A stretch of 64,000 nt of DNA from Schizochytrium sp. TIO01 (GCA_004764695.1 SMSO01000037.1:1464747-1528746), one strand, 5' to 3'; positions 46,209-57,395 are shown, counted from the stretch's first letter. Notes: generated from the sequence alone by a model not told the origin. Numbers and translations: made by a program.

Positions 46209-47024
46209 TTAAATTTCGTCCTCGTCATCTGAGGAAAGCTCTGCGAAAATATCACGTTCTGGGAAATCCCCTACCTCAACTTTATCAGGTCGAACAAATG
46301 TACCATGCTTTTCAGGGACTTCGAAGAACTTTTTACCTTTCACAGTACCATTACTCTTTCCAAGAGGTTCGTCGAGATGAACACCAATCCAATAGCCATT
46401 CCCAACGTATCCCTCGCCATCACCCTTCCAGACGATGGTGCCCCTCCTTGCGCCAGGCTCCACTTGGCAGCGATCTCCAATCTTAAAATCCTTCACGTCT
46501 TCGGCTGTCGGCGGATTAAGATTCTTCGGTTCACGGCGATTCTCGGGAAGAAACGTAAAGTACGGGTCAGTCTCCCGCATTTTTTTCTTGTAGTTTCGGA
46601 GCGAGTTATCGCGTTTCTCGTAATCCTCATCACTCATGACATACTTCTTCACCAGGTCAACGTTTTCAAGACCGCCATCTTTACTAAAAGAGTAGGGATC
46701 CGTGTCGACGATGTGAATGTTCATACCAGTGGCCACCCCATAATAACCCAACATCTTCGAATCATCATCGAGCTCGCAGAGAACTGCGCCATCTTGCTTG
46801 AGAACAAGCTTCTGGAAACCAGCACCAGTTCCTCCGTGCCTGTACAAGCGGTCCTTCAGGGCTCCAACGGTCGTGTGCAAGTCAACACGGATTTCGGGCC
46901 AACGCTGCTCCAGGTTGCTGTGTGTCACATCAACAAGGGCTGTGCCTTCTGCGATCTGCTGACCAAAGTGGGCATCCTCAAGCCGGACATACTGGTTAAG
47001 CGTATTCATATCCATAGCTGCCAT
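46209..47024 (-). CDS. TBCB: Tubulin-folding cofactor B
   Basis: N-terminal ubiquitin-like domain (TVGALKDRLYRHGGT..DDDSKMLGYY..IHIVDTDP), linker VKKYVMSDEDYEKRDNSLRNYKK, CAP-Gly domain (WIGVHLDEPLGKSNGTVKGKKFF..HGTFVRP..VEVGDFP) and acidic C-terminus ending DEI. Confidence 0.96.
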   Translation of the reverse strand: MAAMDMNTLNQYVRLEDAHFGQQIAEGTALVDVTHSNLEQRWPEIRVDLHTTVGALKDRLYRHGGTGAGFQKLVLKQDGAVLCELDDDSKMLGYYGVATGMNIHIVDTDPYSFSKDGGLENVDLVKKYVMSDEDYEKRDNSLRNYKKKMRETDPYFTFLPENRREPKNLNPPTAEDVKDFKIGDRCQVEPGARRGTIVWKGDGEGYVGNGYWIGVHLDEPLGKSNGTVKGKKFFEVPEKHGTFVRPDKVEVGDFPERDIFAELSSDDEDEI

Positions 47025-47512
47025 CTTGAGAGAGTGTTGTCAGCAGAGGCGAACGGGAAAAGCTGTGAAGGCTGGATAAGCAGATTTTGAGCAAGGAATG
47101 GATTCCCTAGACGAACTGTCCTGCAGATTGCTCTACGACTGACTTTTGCCGATTTGGGTTTGCTCCCTTGCGATTCCGTTCAATCGCTTTCCAAGGAGTT
47201 TTGCCTTCTCGTCGAGTTTGGCTTGCGGTTGCAACGTCGCGAAGAAAGCTACCCGAAATATTCATCTCTCTACGGTTTTTTCTAGTAGTCAACATCCTAA
47301 GAGTTCCCTCGAATACCTACTACTAATACCTTAGCGCTACCATACCTTCAGCCTTGCTGTGCTAATTGCATCACTAGGCACTAACCTCTATTTATGAAGT
47401 ACTAATTAAGTAAGTAGCAAAATAGGCTACTAGTAGGCCAATACTTTCTTACTTTTCCTCGGGTTCTAACCTTTGACTCCCTACATAGGGAGTAGGAATG
47501 TTGGTATAGTTC

Positions 47513-47556
47513 TACATACATACATACATACATACATACATACACACATACATACA
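47513..47556. repeat. (TACA)n microsatellite in the TBCB-PES1 divergent intergenic region
   Basis: ~11 units with one CACA variant, read directly. Confidence 0.9.
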
Positions 47557-49834
47557 ACCTAGTATCTAACTAGCTATATACTCCTACTATTCAACCGGTA
47601 ACAGCGGGCCATGAGGACATTCCAGAGTGGAGTATCTGAGTTAACACTCAAGCAATAATACCATTGAGAAGAGAATCTCTGACTAGTGAGGAATGTAACA
47701 GGTTCCTCGAATAGCGCAAAAGTAGGCTAAGTATCCCAACGTCATATCAGTTTAAATGAAAGCAATGTTTCAAGTTCAGGACAATAGATAACAAATACTT
47801 TTCACAGGGACTGCTCATGGACGAAAAACGATAGAAACATGGTTCTACAACACCCAAGTAGGTTCATGAAGTACTCCAATTTACTGTCACTACAACATAA
47901 TTTTTTAAAAGAATGCGCTAAAAATTAATCTAGGATTCCCCATAGGAGGCATTACCTAAGAAACGAGTAAAGCTCTTTGAATCTGTCCAAGGTAAGGAAG
48001 ACAATGAGAATTTATGCAATTGACTATGAATTTATTTTCGAAGTTCATTGCGGTAAATAAAATTGCGCAGGATAGTCAATTTAGAAAGATGAAGATGTAT
48101 GATAAATAGATTTAAAATAATAAAAAAAGCGTACTATGTGAATTGTGCTGTTGTTGAACATATTTTTTTAAGCACCAGGTATAACCTCTGGGAGTAATTT
48201 GGGTGAAGCCGCTCTTCTTAGCTAGAAGATATGAAGGAGAGTGCTACCAAAAATCAGAAAAAAAGCTCAATGGCAACCGAAGTTCTTTCATAAGAGCAGG
48301 CGTGGGTTGGAGGTTTGACACAAGCACGAACCATAAGGCCAGCTAGCTAGCCTATAACACTTTACTTCTTTTGCGATAAATCCTTAAATCTTCGTAAGAA
48401 GTCCAAAAATGAATCAGGAGTAATACTTACAAAATTTTAAGGAAATTCTCAAAGTTAAGGCAAGTTCTCCATTTCGTGAAAACCTGCTGTCTTATCTACA
48501 AGTGAGGAATAATGCATAGGACTCAAGAAAAGACGAGGTGCGGCATACGCATACGTAATATGTGGTGTAACTATCTCTCATCAACTCTATAGAAATCTTC
48601 AGTTGAAATTAAGAAGTTGAATCACTCAAACGCATTTTAGACAACCTTTTGCTAGTCAACTCATTAACACGTGCTATAGGCTATTTAAATTGAATCACCA
48701 GCATCATTATCTAACCAACTTTTTCTGCACATTCTGAGGAGCCTCCTGCTCGCGTTTGAACTTCTGTCTCGGCGATTTATGCATTGCTTCATGTTTATTT
48801 GAAGATGATGCTACCATCTCGTATTAAGAGGCACTATGCTGCCAGAGGGTCTGTTCATATGAGCGATTATATGCTTACATACTCCTACTACAGTTCTTCA
48901 ACTCTCAAGAACAATTATTACAAGGATTGCACCACAGCGTAGTGAGAGTAGCCTGGATGTTCTCTTGTGACTAATACTTATAATACCACTGATCATAGGC
49001 AAGTTCTTTCTCAGAACATAGCGCGTGGATTTTATGCCCAGTAGATAGAGAAGGCTGATTGCATGAACTTTCATTCAAACAGCTTAATTATTCATTCAAA
49101 GTTCTTTTCATTGGACACGCTCTTCGTCCCAGGTTTGAGTCTTTCTCTTCAATAGGCTAATGAAAATTATTCTGCAAGTCCCTCTAGCACTAGTAGATAC
49201 CTAGAAACCTAATGGGAGTGTTCTTCACCTAGTTCTTGAATGCCATCTAGTTCTACCTTTGCTTCTAGTAGCCATATCCCCGCTACCTAGGACTTAACAT
49301 GACTAGTATTAGCTTAATAGACAACATCCTATCTACTCCTATATACCCCCTACAGCAGTGCTATAATTAATATGAATATTTCCTCACCTTTCTTCTCCTC
49401 CAATCGTGTGCTAATTCCGTGGCCACCGAAGTTTACAAGTCAAAGGTCATCATAGTCAGGCACGCCAATACCTTGGCAGAGGAGAGTGTAAAACCCAAGT
49501 CGCTTGGGCAAGCGGATTTCTGAGCGGCTGAGTAATCGAGCGAGCATCCTTTGCTTGCTTGCTTGCCTGCTTGTCTGTTTTCTCTTCTTTGTTGCTCTGC
49601 CTGGAATCGGTGGTGTTGCCATCACCCGTTCATTCATCAATCCATCCATCCATTGAGCATCGTCGTGGTCCTCTGTTTGTGACGGGGCTTAAAAGTCCGT
49701 CAGAACTCAACAGACAGAAGATTTCCTCGGATAGGGATCTTCACGCCCAGCAAACAAAGTAACAACCAAACGACCAAAGAATCAAGTTTTGCTCAGTTCT
49801 GTAGCTAGCCAGTGAGCAAGCACCATCAGCAAAG

Positions 49835-52273
49835 ATGGGCAACAAAACTAAGGGTGATAAGGGCACCATTCGCGAGAAGGGTCGTGCCACCATTAAGAAG
49901 AAGAGTATCAAGAGCAAAGCTCTGGATATTAACTCTAAGCGCCGTGCGCGCAAGGCTGGAAACATCCGCAAGAAGGGCCATGAGGGTCACGTTATCCGCT
50001 ACATCACCCGTCGTCGGGCTATGAAGAAGCTCCAGCTGACTCTCAAAGATTTTCGTCGTCTCTGTATTCTCAAGGGTATTTATCCCCGCGAGCCCCCTGG
50101 TAAGCAAGTTAACCAGACATGCTATCACGTCAAAGATATCTCCTACCTCGCCCACGAGCCTCTCCTGCAGAAGTTCGCGGACATCAAGGCCTACCTTGAC
50201 AAGGTTGCCCATCTCTTGAACCGCAAGAACGTCTCTGATGCCCAACGCAAGTACGATGCGCGTCCTCGCTATACCCTTGAGCACCTCATCAAGGAGCGTT
50301 ACCCTCGCTTCCGCGATAGTCTTGCTGACATGGATGACGCTCTGTGTTTGATTCACCTCTTCGCCAACATGCGCATCGTTTCTTCCGTCAATGCGGAACG
50401 TAGCGAGAACTGTCTTCGCCTGGCTCGTGAGTGGCAGCTCTACGTGGTGCGTTCTCGTGCTCTGCGCAAAACTTTTGTATCCGTGAAAGGAATCTACTAC
50501 CAGGCCGAGGTTATGGGCGAGACTATCACTTGGATTGTGCCGCACAAGTTCTCCCAGAACGCGCCTCGTGAAGTGGACTTTCGCGTGATGGGCACCTTTC
50601 TCGAGTTCTACGAGTCTTTGACTTCTTTCGTGCTCTTCAAGCTCTATCACTCCCTTGGACTTCAGTACCCGCCCAAGCTCGACAAGGGTCTCGATGCCAA
50701 AGGAGCTCACCTCTCGGCCATGCAACCCGAGGAGATCGGCAATGACAGCGACGAAGACGAAGACAAAGATGACGTGGAAATGGGTGATGCTGAAGATGCA
50801 GAACAGGCAGAGTCATCCGCAGCACATGCGCGAAAGAAGCAGCGTCTCGCAGAAGAGGATGCAGAACTCGAGCGTGAACTTATGAAGGAAATCGAGGAGG
50901 AGGAGCAAAAGGAGGAGAAGCTAACTCGTGCTGAACGTGCCAAAATCGAGGCCCAGAGCAAGGAGCGCATTGAGTCTCTGTCGCAGCGTATGCGCGAGAT
51001 CATCGAGAAGGACCAGGAGGAAGAGGAGAAAGACCAGGAGGAAACAGGTCGCGACACCCAAGACCCTGATCTTGAGGATGAGGCCTTCGCAGGGGACGAA
51101 ACCGCTCAGCAGATTGCAGAGCAAGAACGTGAAATTCAGGCACGCACTAACTTGCTGCGTGGCCTTGTGTTCTGGCTCTCCCGTGAGGTGCCTTTTGAGT
51201 CTCTCGAGTTCGTTATCCGTGCTTTCGGTGGCGAGGTTCTGTGTGCCGATGCTGGTGACAAACCCACTGACAGCCGCATCACCCATTTCGTCACAGACAG
51301 GCCCAAGGTCCAACGCGCAAACTCTCACTGTGAGTACGTACAGCCGCAGTGGGTCTTTGACTCTGTGAACTGGAAGATCCTCATGCCAGTGCAGAAATAC
51401 GCCCCTGATGCAGCATTGCCTCCTCACTTGTCGCCCTTCGTGGACAACACCATGGTTGGATACAAGCCTGAGTTTGCTGATGAGATTGAGCGCTTGCAAG
51501 CTGCTGCCGGAGTTGCTGCTGATAAGCTTGCGCCGCCCAAGCTTCTCCGTGATACCTACAGACCATCTCTGGAGGAGCAAGACGAGGCCGAGTTCAAGGA
51601 CTCCGACAAACCCACCGAAGACGAAGAAGAGGCATTTGTTGAGGAGCTTCAGGAGGAGCTCCGCAATGGAGAGCGTCGCAAGCGGAAGCGTGCCACTGAG
51701 GACAAAAAGTCGGCAGAGCCTGAAGAGAGCGATGAGGACTCTGGTGCTGAAGATAGTCAGCACGAAGCTACAGACAAGGCTATCTCAAGTGCCGCCGAGG
51801 CCGAGGAGGAAGCCAGTGACGATGACGAGGAGGAGGAGGAAGAAGAAGAGGAAGAAGAGGAAGAAGAGGAAGAGGCACCTGTTACGAAGAAGGCCAAAAA
51901 AGAAAAGGCTGTCCCCAAAACCAAGGAGGAGCCCACTCCGAAAAAGGCCAAGATTGAGAAGGAAGAGAAGCCCAAGACCTACATCAAAGCCAAGAAGTTT
52001 GCAGGAGCTCGCCCAGGATACTTTTTCAGACTTGGTGCAGAAGGTATGGGCTACTACATGGATGTCAACGCAAACCGCAAGCCCACATTCCGTTCTGGCA
52101 ATGTTGTCAGCAAGCGCCAGCAACGCATTGCAAGCAAGAAAGAAGAAAACGCTCGTTCCCAAATGCTCATGTCCAAGAAGGCCAAGAAGCTGTATGGTAT
52201 CATGCAACACGGCATTAAGGAGAAGCAAGCCAACGCTGCTGAGCTTCGCCGCCGTCGCCGCCAATCCAAGTAA
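49835..52273 (+). CDS. PES1: Pescadillo homolog (Nop7/PES1, 60S ribosome biogenesis)
   Basis: Pescadillo N-terminus YITRRRAMKKLQLTLKDFRRLCILKGIYPREP, HLIKERYPRF.D.L.DMDDAL and FVSVKGIYYQAE..ITWIVPHKF..VDFRVMGTFLEFY. BRCT domain (REVPFESLEFVIRAFGG..YVQPQWVFDSVN..LPPHLSPFV), acidic tract, C-terminal MLMSKKAKKLY. Confidence 0.97.
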   Translation: MGNKTKGDKGTIREKGRATIKKKSIKSKALDINSKRRARKAGNIRKKGHEGHVIRYITRRRAMKKLQLTLKDFRRLCILKGIYPREPPGKQVNQTCYHVKDISYLAHEPLLQKFADIKAYLDKVAHLLNRKNVSDAQRKYDARPRYTLEHLIKERYPRFRDSLADMDDALCLIHLFANMRIVSSVNAERSENCLRLAREWQLYVVRSRALRKTFVSVKGIYYQAEVMGETITWIVPHKFSQNAPREVDFRVMGTFLEFYESLTSFVLFKLYHSLGLQYPPKLDKGLDAKGAHLSAMQPEEIGNDSDEDEDKDDVEMGDAEDAEQAESSAAHARKKQRLAEEDAELERELMKEIEEEEQKEEKLTRAERAKIEAQSKERIESLSQRMREIIEKDQEEEEKDQEETGRDTQDPDLEDEAFAGDETAQQIAEQEREIQARTNLLRGLVFWLSREVPFESLEFVIRAFGGEVLCADAGDKPTDSRITHFVTDRPKVQRANSHCEYVQPQWVFDSVNWKILMPVQKYAPDAALPPHLSPFVDNTMVGYKPEFADEIERLQAAAGVAADKLAPPKLLRDTYRPSLEEQDEAEFKDSDKPTEDEEEAFVEELQEELRNGERRKRKRATEDKKSAEPEESDEDSGAEDSQHEATDKAISSAAEAEEEASDDDEEEEEEEEEEEEEEEEAPVTKKAKKEKAVPKTKEEPTPKKAKIEKEEKPKTYIKAKKFAGARPGYFFRLGAEGMGYYMDVNANRKPTFRSGNVVSKRQQRIASKKEENARSQMLMSKKAKKLYGIMQHGIKEKQANAAELRRRRRQSK

Positions 52274-52991
52274 ACAAGACAAACAACTGGTGGTCTTGTG
52301 TGATCAAGAGGTACCTAATTTCCGTTCGCTGGAGCAGAGTGATACGACTTTACTTCGGGCTTTTCATGCTTTTCATGCAACCTACTTTAGAACCCGCCCT
52401 ACAGCGTATGGAAATGGGGTGGTATTACGGCATTGCCTTTCATAAGAAATTGCTACAAGACTGCATCCAAACACCGACCCGATGAACAGGGCTTAAGACG
52501 CTTTATAACATTCGTAACTACATCAACAACATAACCTACATTTTCGAAATTTATGACCTCAGTTTATTTTTAGAAATTTTATTTATTTAAAAAAAGAAGG
52601 GAAAAAAAAGTGCACATTCACTGTACTTCTGAACAGAGCTGTACTTTTCTCGAGACCATTTTATACTGAGGTCAGATTCACTTTCTTATGATTTTGGTCT
52701 CGTTCTGCAAATTTTAAAATCCAATTTTCAACGTGTCGACGTTTCAACAAAGAAAGAACGGGCTAGCAAAATTGGTTTGCAGGCATAGTTAAATTTTCCC
52801 ATTAACTTTTTCAAGCATGTGATAATAATTTCACAAATCTTATTATTTAAACAGGGATGCTTTACAAATTTGAAGGAGTAGAGTAAATTAAAGTGATTGG
52901 AGGGTTTTTTTCCCTTTCCCTTTTCATTTGTTTATTTCTCTCTATTTTTTAACTTTTTAAAATAAATAAAACTTAACACTTTCATATGGCT

Positions 52992-55226
52992 TTATCTATC
53001 ACTATTACCATCATCATCATCGTCATCATTGTCAAAACCCTCATCATCATCAGAAAACTCATAGGCAAAATCTTCAGCACGAACGTTGATCCGCACTGAA
53101 CCTCCAGGGGTAAAACTTCCACGAACACCACCGTCACTAATGACAGCAGTGTCAACGCCGCCCTTTGAGATCGTTGCGACGGGTTGTGCCATGAGTTGAC
53201 TAGTACCGTGCTGACGCGGGACCAACTTTCTACGCTTAGCCAGACCAGCAATATAACGATCAGCCTTCTTACGATCAGCTTCCCCAATATATTGAAGATC
53301 GTCTACCTCTGAGCCTGAATCGATGTGAAGCTCATTGCTTTCTTCGTCCCCAATATCTTTGTTCGGCTCATCAGCATCTGCAGTAACTGTGGAAGCTTTC
53401 CGTGGTCTCCCACGCCTACGAGGATGATTAGATTGACTCTCATTCAGGCTGAGCTTGCTCCGTGGATTTGGTGTAGCAATTGAGGTATCAAAATCAAATA
53501 TTGATTCCTCATCGCTGCTCTCATGACTGGCAAGAATTTTATGATCTCGGGTAAACTTGTTTCGGAAAGGAGTTGCAGTGAAGAGATCATCTGTGTGACC
53601 TTGTTCTGAAGCACGGAACACCTCGCGGACCTGGCCTCTAAACTTTGCTGTATTTTTTCCTGCAAGCTTGTGCAAGCGACCATTTTCTCGCTCTTGATTA
53701 TGAGAGGAGGAAGGATCCGCTCCATGGCGCTGACGCTTGAATTCAATTGCAGACTTCACCTGAGTCGAATTAAGAAACCACTGATTATAGCATTGTTGCG
53801 CTGTACGTCCAGGAATAAAAGAGGCAACGTGAGACCAGAATTTTGAATGTGTTGGATCTGCTCTCGCATGACCCTCGCGAAGCAAACGATTTTCTTGAGC
53901 TGTCCACTCCCCATTCTTTGGGCCACGGATTTCTTCGCGTAATTTCTCTTGTTTCGTATTGTTGGTCTTTATGACTGAAACCCCTCCATCTGTACCAGTC
54001 TCACTATCAGAATTCAAAAGTTCCTCGTCATCAAGTTGGTCATACTCACTATCAGCTTGCGCAGGGCTGACCTCACTGTAATCAATAGCTCCTTTACTCC
54101 TCAGGCGACGACTTCGGCGAACGTTAGCATCCTCAGGTGTCTTCAACCGCACCGGTTTATCGAGCTCCTTTTTACTTAGATTGTTCAAGAATGCCTCTGC
54201 ATCATAAGGTGATTTGTTGTGGTCACAATTTTTCTTCAATAAGACCTTAGACTTTGCAAAACCATTTAAGGTTGTCTCGGGTTCCCTATTATGATTCTCT
54301 TTCGCTTTTACTACAGCTATAGGCCCGTCTTTAGCACTCGCCATTTTGTCTTGTTTCTTCAGGCTTCGCTTTGAAGATTTTGGTAATTTCGTCTTTTTCA
54401 AAGCATGATTGTTCGTTGCTTTAGAGGTGGAAGTGGTGGTTGCAGTGATTTGACCTGAAGACCGAGTTTTCTTGTTGCTGCTCTTCGTCATGGATTTTTT
54501 CAAGGACTTACCGACTGACCTGCTCCATTTGGAAAATATCTCTTCCCAATTTGTGGGAATGCCATCGCGGAATTGTTCAATCGATGCCCCTGGGGGGAGC
54601 TCCCAGTGTGCTTTCTCATCAGGAGGGCCAGACAAACAGTATAGGTTTCCGGAATTCGTGCTGAGAAGCCTTGAATCGATCCGGCATTTGATGACAGAAG
54701 AATGCCAACGAACATAGTTTCCATTCGATTTAGGTCGATAGCCATCCACGAAGATATCATTCGCGTCAGTATATGCTCGACGGATAAACCATCTTGTGAG
54801 AACTTGCTTCTGATTCTTGGACTTGGACTTTGGCTTCTTCACTTTCTCCACGGGCTTTGTTTCACTTAGCTCGTTACAAATGTTTTCAAGCCCAGAAGCT
54901 GCCTTACTTGTAAGTAAATCTTCATTCGAAATGCTAGAAACTTCGGGCTTACTTATTTTCTTCCTGTTATCGCCAAACGACTTTGGTCTGCAACGTCTCT
55001 CGTTGAGCTTGACCCGATTTTCTTGCAATACTTGACGTCCAGACGAAGCTATTGATGAGGACGACGAATTAAAAGGAGCTTCACTAGAGTCTATTTGACT
55101 CAACACTGGATTGGCGGATGAGAATGAGCTTCGGCGGGAGAACTTTGCGAGGAACGGCAAGGTAACTCGACCATCTCTGTTTTCTGCACCATCGCTTAGG
55201 CCCCCAGAGCGCGGGTTTATGCTCAT
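52992..55226 (-). CDS. KNL2: KNL2 / Mis18-binding protein 1 (CENP-A loading factor)
   Basis: SANTA domain (VLTRWFIRR..IFVDGY..WHSSVIKCRIDSRLLSTNSGNLYCLSG..FRDGIPTNWEE, ~54535-54806). SANT/Myb domain (WTAQENRLL..FWSHVASFIPGRTAQQCYNQW, ~53777-53909). M18BP1-type C-terminal block (AGKNTAKFRGQVRE..GHTDDLFTATP). Confidence 0.88.
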   Translation of the reverse strand: MSINPRSGGLSDGAENRDGRVTLPFLAKFSRRSSFSSANPVLSQIDSSEAPFNSSSSSIASSGRQVLQENRVKLNERRCRPKSFGDNRKKISKPEVSSISNEDLLTSKAASGLENICNELSETKPVEKVKKPKSKSKNQKQVLTRWFIRRAYTDANDIFVDGYRPKSNGNYVRWHSSVIKCRIDSRLLSTNSGNLYCLSGPPDEKAHWELPPGASIEQFRDGIPTNWEEIFSKWSRSVGKSLKKSMTKSSNKKTRSSGQITATTTSTSKATNNHALKKTKLPKSSKRSLKKQDKMASAKDGPIAVVKAKENHNREPETTLNGFAKSKVLLKKNCDHNKSPYDAEAFLNNLSKKELDKPVRLKTPEDANVRRSRRLRSKGAIDYSEVSPAQADSEYDQLDDEELLNSDSETGTDGGVSVIKTNNTKQEKLREEIRGPKNGEWTAQENRLLREGHARADPTHSKFWSHVASFIPGRTAQQCYNQWFLNSTQVKSAIEFKRQRHGADPSSSHNQERENGRLHKLAGKNTAKFRGQVREVFRASEQGHTDDLFTATPFRNKFTRDHKILASHESSDEESIFDFDTSIATPNPRSKLSLNESQSNHPRRRGRPRKASTVTADADEPNKDIGDEESNELHIDSGSEVDDLQYIGEADRKKADRYIAGLAKRRKLVPRQHGTSQLMAQPVATISKGGVDTAVISDGGVRGSFTPGGSVRINVRAEDFAYEFSDDDEGFDNDDDDDDGNSDR

Positions 55227-55834
55227 CTCGTTCTAAGCACAGGCCTTGTGCGACAGAAAAGGTGCAGACAGAGTCCCACGAGCTGCAGAAAAGAGAAATT
55301 GTTCGTGTACTGGCCAGTGGCCGTGAAGGTCGGTAGGCTTCTTCTGCTTTCCCCACGGTAAGTTTGGCCTGTTTCTGTTTGGATGGTCTTCTTTGGTTTA
55401 GAAGTGACAATTAATCTCTTTTATATTTACAATAGAGTAATTCTTCCGTGCCCTTTTGTTTTATTGTCCTTTGTTGTTTCGTTTGTTTTTTAGCTAAGGA
55501 GGTGGTTAGTGCTAGTAAATAAATATGCCCTGATATCTCCTACTCATAACTAATAGACCAAACAACGAAATAATTTTTTTTCACAGTCGGGACATGTTGG
55601 ATGTGTATATGAGCTTTTACAAGGGTGTAAAACGGCTGTCGAGACCTCAACTTTAAAAAATCCCAAATAATAATCCTTCTGGGAGTGAAAAGAGGCAAAC
55701 CAAAAACTTCATTCAGGACATGGACGGTGGACGTCTTCCGCCAAAGCAACATAGTCGAAGCTATCAGCATCGCAATCACACAACTTTTGAGCTATTTTAC
55801 GTCAGAAAAGATAAATTGTTGATTATTTACAATT

Positions 55835-57367
55835 ATGTTTGGCTTTGTCGCTAGGTGGTTTGGGTTCTGTTCACCTGGGCGAGAACAGGACGATGAGGTG
55901 CTAAGTACAACAACACATGATGTCCAAAGTACGCCACAGTGCAAGGCTAATGGGATAAGACATCAAAATAACTCCTCGTCTGTGTCGCGTCGCCAACTTG
56001 TTCGAGATTCAATTGTGCAGCTTGACTCAATCGAATTCTCCGTTGAACATAACCGGGCTCAACACGAAACATCTCAGCCTTGTGATACACCTATCCCCCA
56101 AAAAATAAGCAGTCGTTTGGCATCCCCAGTATCCTTTGGAATTCTAGACCTGTTGGAAAACGGAAGTGGGCTTTCCGATAGACTTTCCGGGCCTATCATT
56201 ACCTCGACATCACCGATTCTTGGAGAGAAATCGGCAGCATCTTTCCAATGCGAGAAGCAGCAACCTTCTACCCCCTCGCCCTTAGAAGACTGGAAGGAGA
56301 AAACCATCGATGATGACTATAGTAAGACACAGGACTCTGAAGGTTACCCTTTGAGTAATCTAATTAAGAGTGGTCCGGTCCCTTTGGGGGAAGCCAACAT
56401 CAACAATAACTTGCACGGAGGAGCCTCGACAAACTCCTTAGTCAATGTACAGATTTATAATTCCCCATTCACAAATCATCGGGTGCCTGTGGGTGAACAA
56501 GATATCGCATCTATTAGATCTTTAACTGCAGAATCCCAAATGGAGAGTATGAAGAATGAAGCGACTGATGACAAATACAGCTTTGATGCAACACCTAAAA
56601 AGTGTCAGCAAACCTCCATTGGTCAGGAGAACTTGACACCTATCAACGAGAGGGATCTCTTGCGATCGCAATCTCTGACGACTCCCGGTCTTCACGCATT
56701 TAAGACTCCGCAAGAGGCTTCTACAGAGGACCATAAAGAAAATATACTCTCTGCTGCAACTTCTACCTACGCCACACCTACTACTAGTGTTTCACAAGAT
56801 GATGCTTCGGAGCAATCAAGTCTGGTTTGTGACACCCCTCTAGGTTTCAGGCCAACGAAGCAATTGAACCTTCCCTCTGCAAGTTGTGATATATCAACCC
56901 CACAACGTTTTTTTCATCGAGGCCCATTTTTTCTCATTGATGAATCTCCAGCAAGTTCGTCATCTGGCACCCCGTGCTTAATGTCTACACCTACTTGTAA
57001 ATTGCCGAGCGATTGTGAATCACAAAGTCCCGCCTTACCTTACCAAAGTCCTTGTTATGTGGGTAAGCCACTGCAAGACTCAACAAACTCTTTTGAACAT
57101 CAACACCTCGATCCATCAATTCACACTCCTGCTCCGGCTAACATCACAAAAAACAATAAGGTCGGATTTGGGGTAACACCACATGACCCTCGGTACCGTC
57201 GACTTCATGATCCAGATGCGCCAATTCTTGTTCAGGATAAGAGCTTCTCAAAGAGAGTTGAAAGTGCTATGCGCCGAGACGCTGTTCGAGCTAAATTCCG
57301 AAAGTCCAATCATCAGCAGCAACCAGTTTCCAATCTTCATTTCGACGAAGTTGGAGAAGAAAATTAA
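55835..57367 (+). CDS. Uncharacterised, largely disordered S/T-P-rich protein (510 aa), candidate cell-cycle protein
   Basis: Intact ORF. About 22 S/T-P sites by hand count, a KEN box (HKENIL), a D-box-like KPLQDSTN and a short ordered-looking C-terminal block. No recognised domain. Confidence 0.75.
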   Translation: MFGFVARWFGFCSPGREQDDEVLSTTTHDVQSTPQCKANGIRHQNNSSSVSRRQLVRDSIVQLDSIEFSVEHNRAQHETSQPCDTPIPQKISSRLASPVSFGILDLLENGSGLSDRLSGPIITSTSPILGEKSAASFQCEKQQPSTPSPLEDWKEKTIDDDYSKTQDSEGYPLSNLIKSGPVPLGEANINNNLHGGASTNSLVNVQIYNSPFTNHRVPVGEQDIASIRSLTAESQMESMKNEATDDKYSFDATPKKCQQTSIGQENLTPINERDLLRSQSLTTPGLHAFKTPQEASTEDHKENILSAATSTYATPTTSVSQDDASEQSSLVCDTPLGFRPTKQLNLPSASCDISTPQRFFHRGPFFLIDESPASSSSGTPCLMSTPTCKLPSDCESQSPALPYQSPCYVGKPLQDSTNSFEHQHLDPSIHTPAPANITKNNKVGFGVTPHDPRYRRLHDPDAPILVQDKSFSKRVESAMRRDAVRAKFRKSNHQQQPVSNLHFDEVGEEN

Positions 57368-57395
57368 TACTCTAGCAATGCTAGCTACACATAAA

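Noticed and set aside
46305-47090. 261-aa ORF antisense to TBCB
   Set aside because: Antisense shadow of a codon-biased conserved gene; no motifs and a non-ATG start.
49826-52445. Long alternative-frame and antisense ORFs (299, 280, 345 and 165 aa) over pescadillo
   Set aside because: Expected shadows of a GC-rich, low-complexity, strongly biased CDS; no independent domain evidence.
52992-55226. Functional link between the KNL2 gene's location and a centromere in the nearby desert
   Set aside because: There is no known reason for a centromere-protein gene to lie near a centromere; proximity is not evidence.
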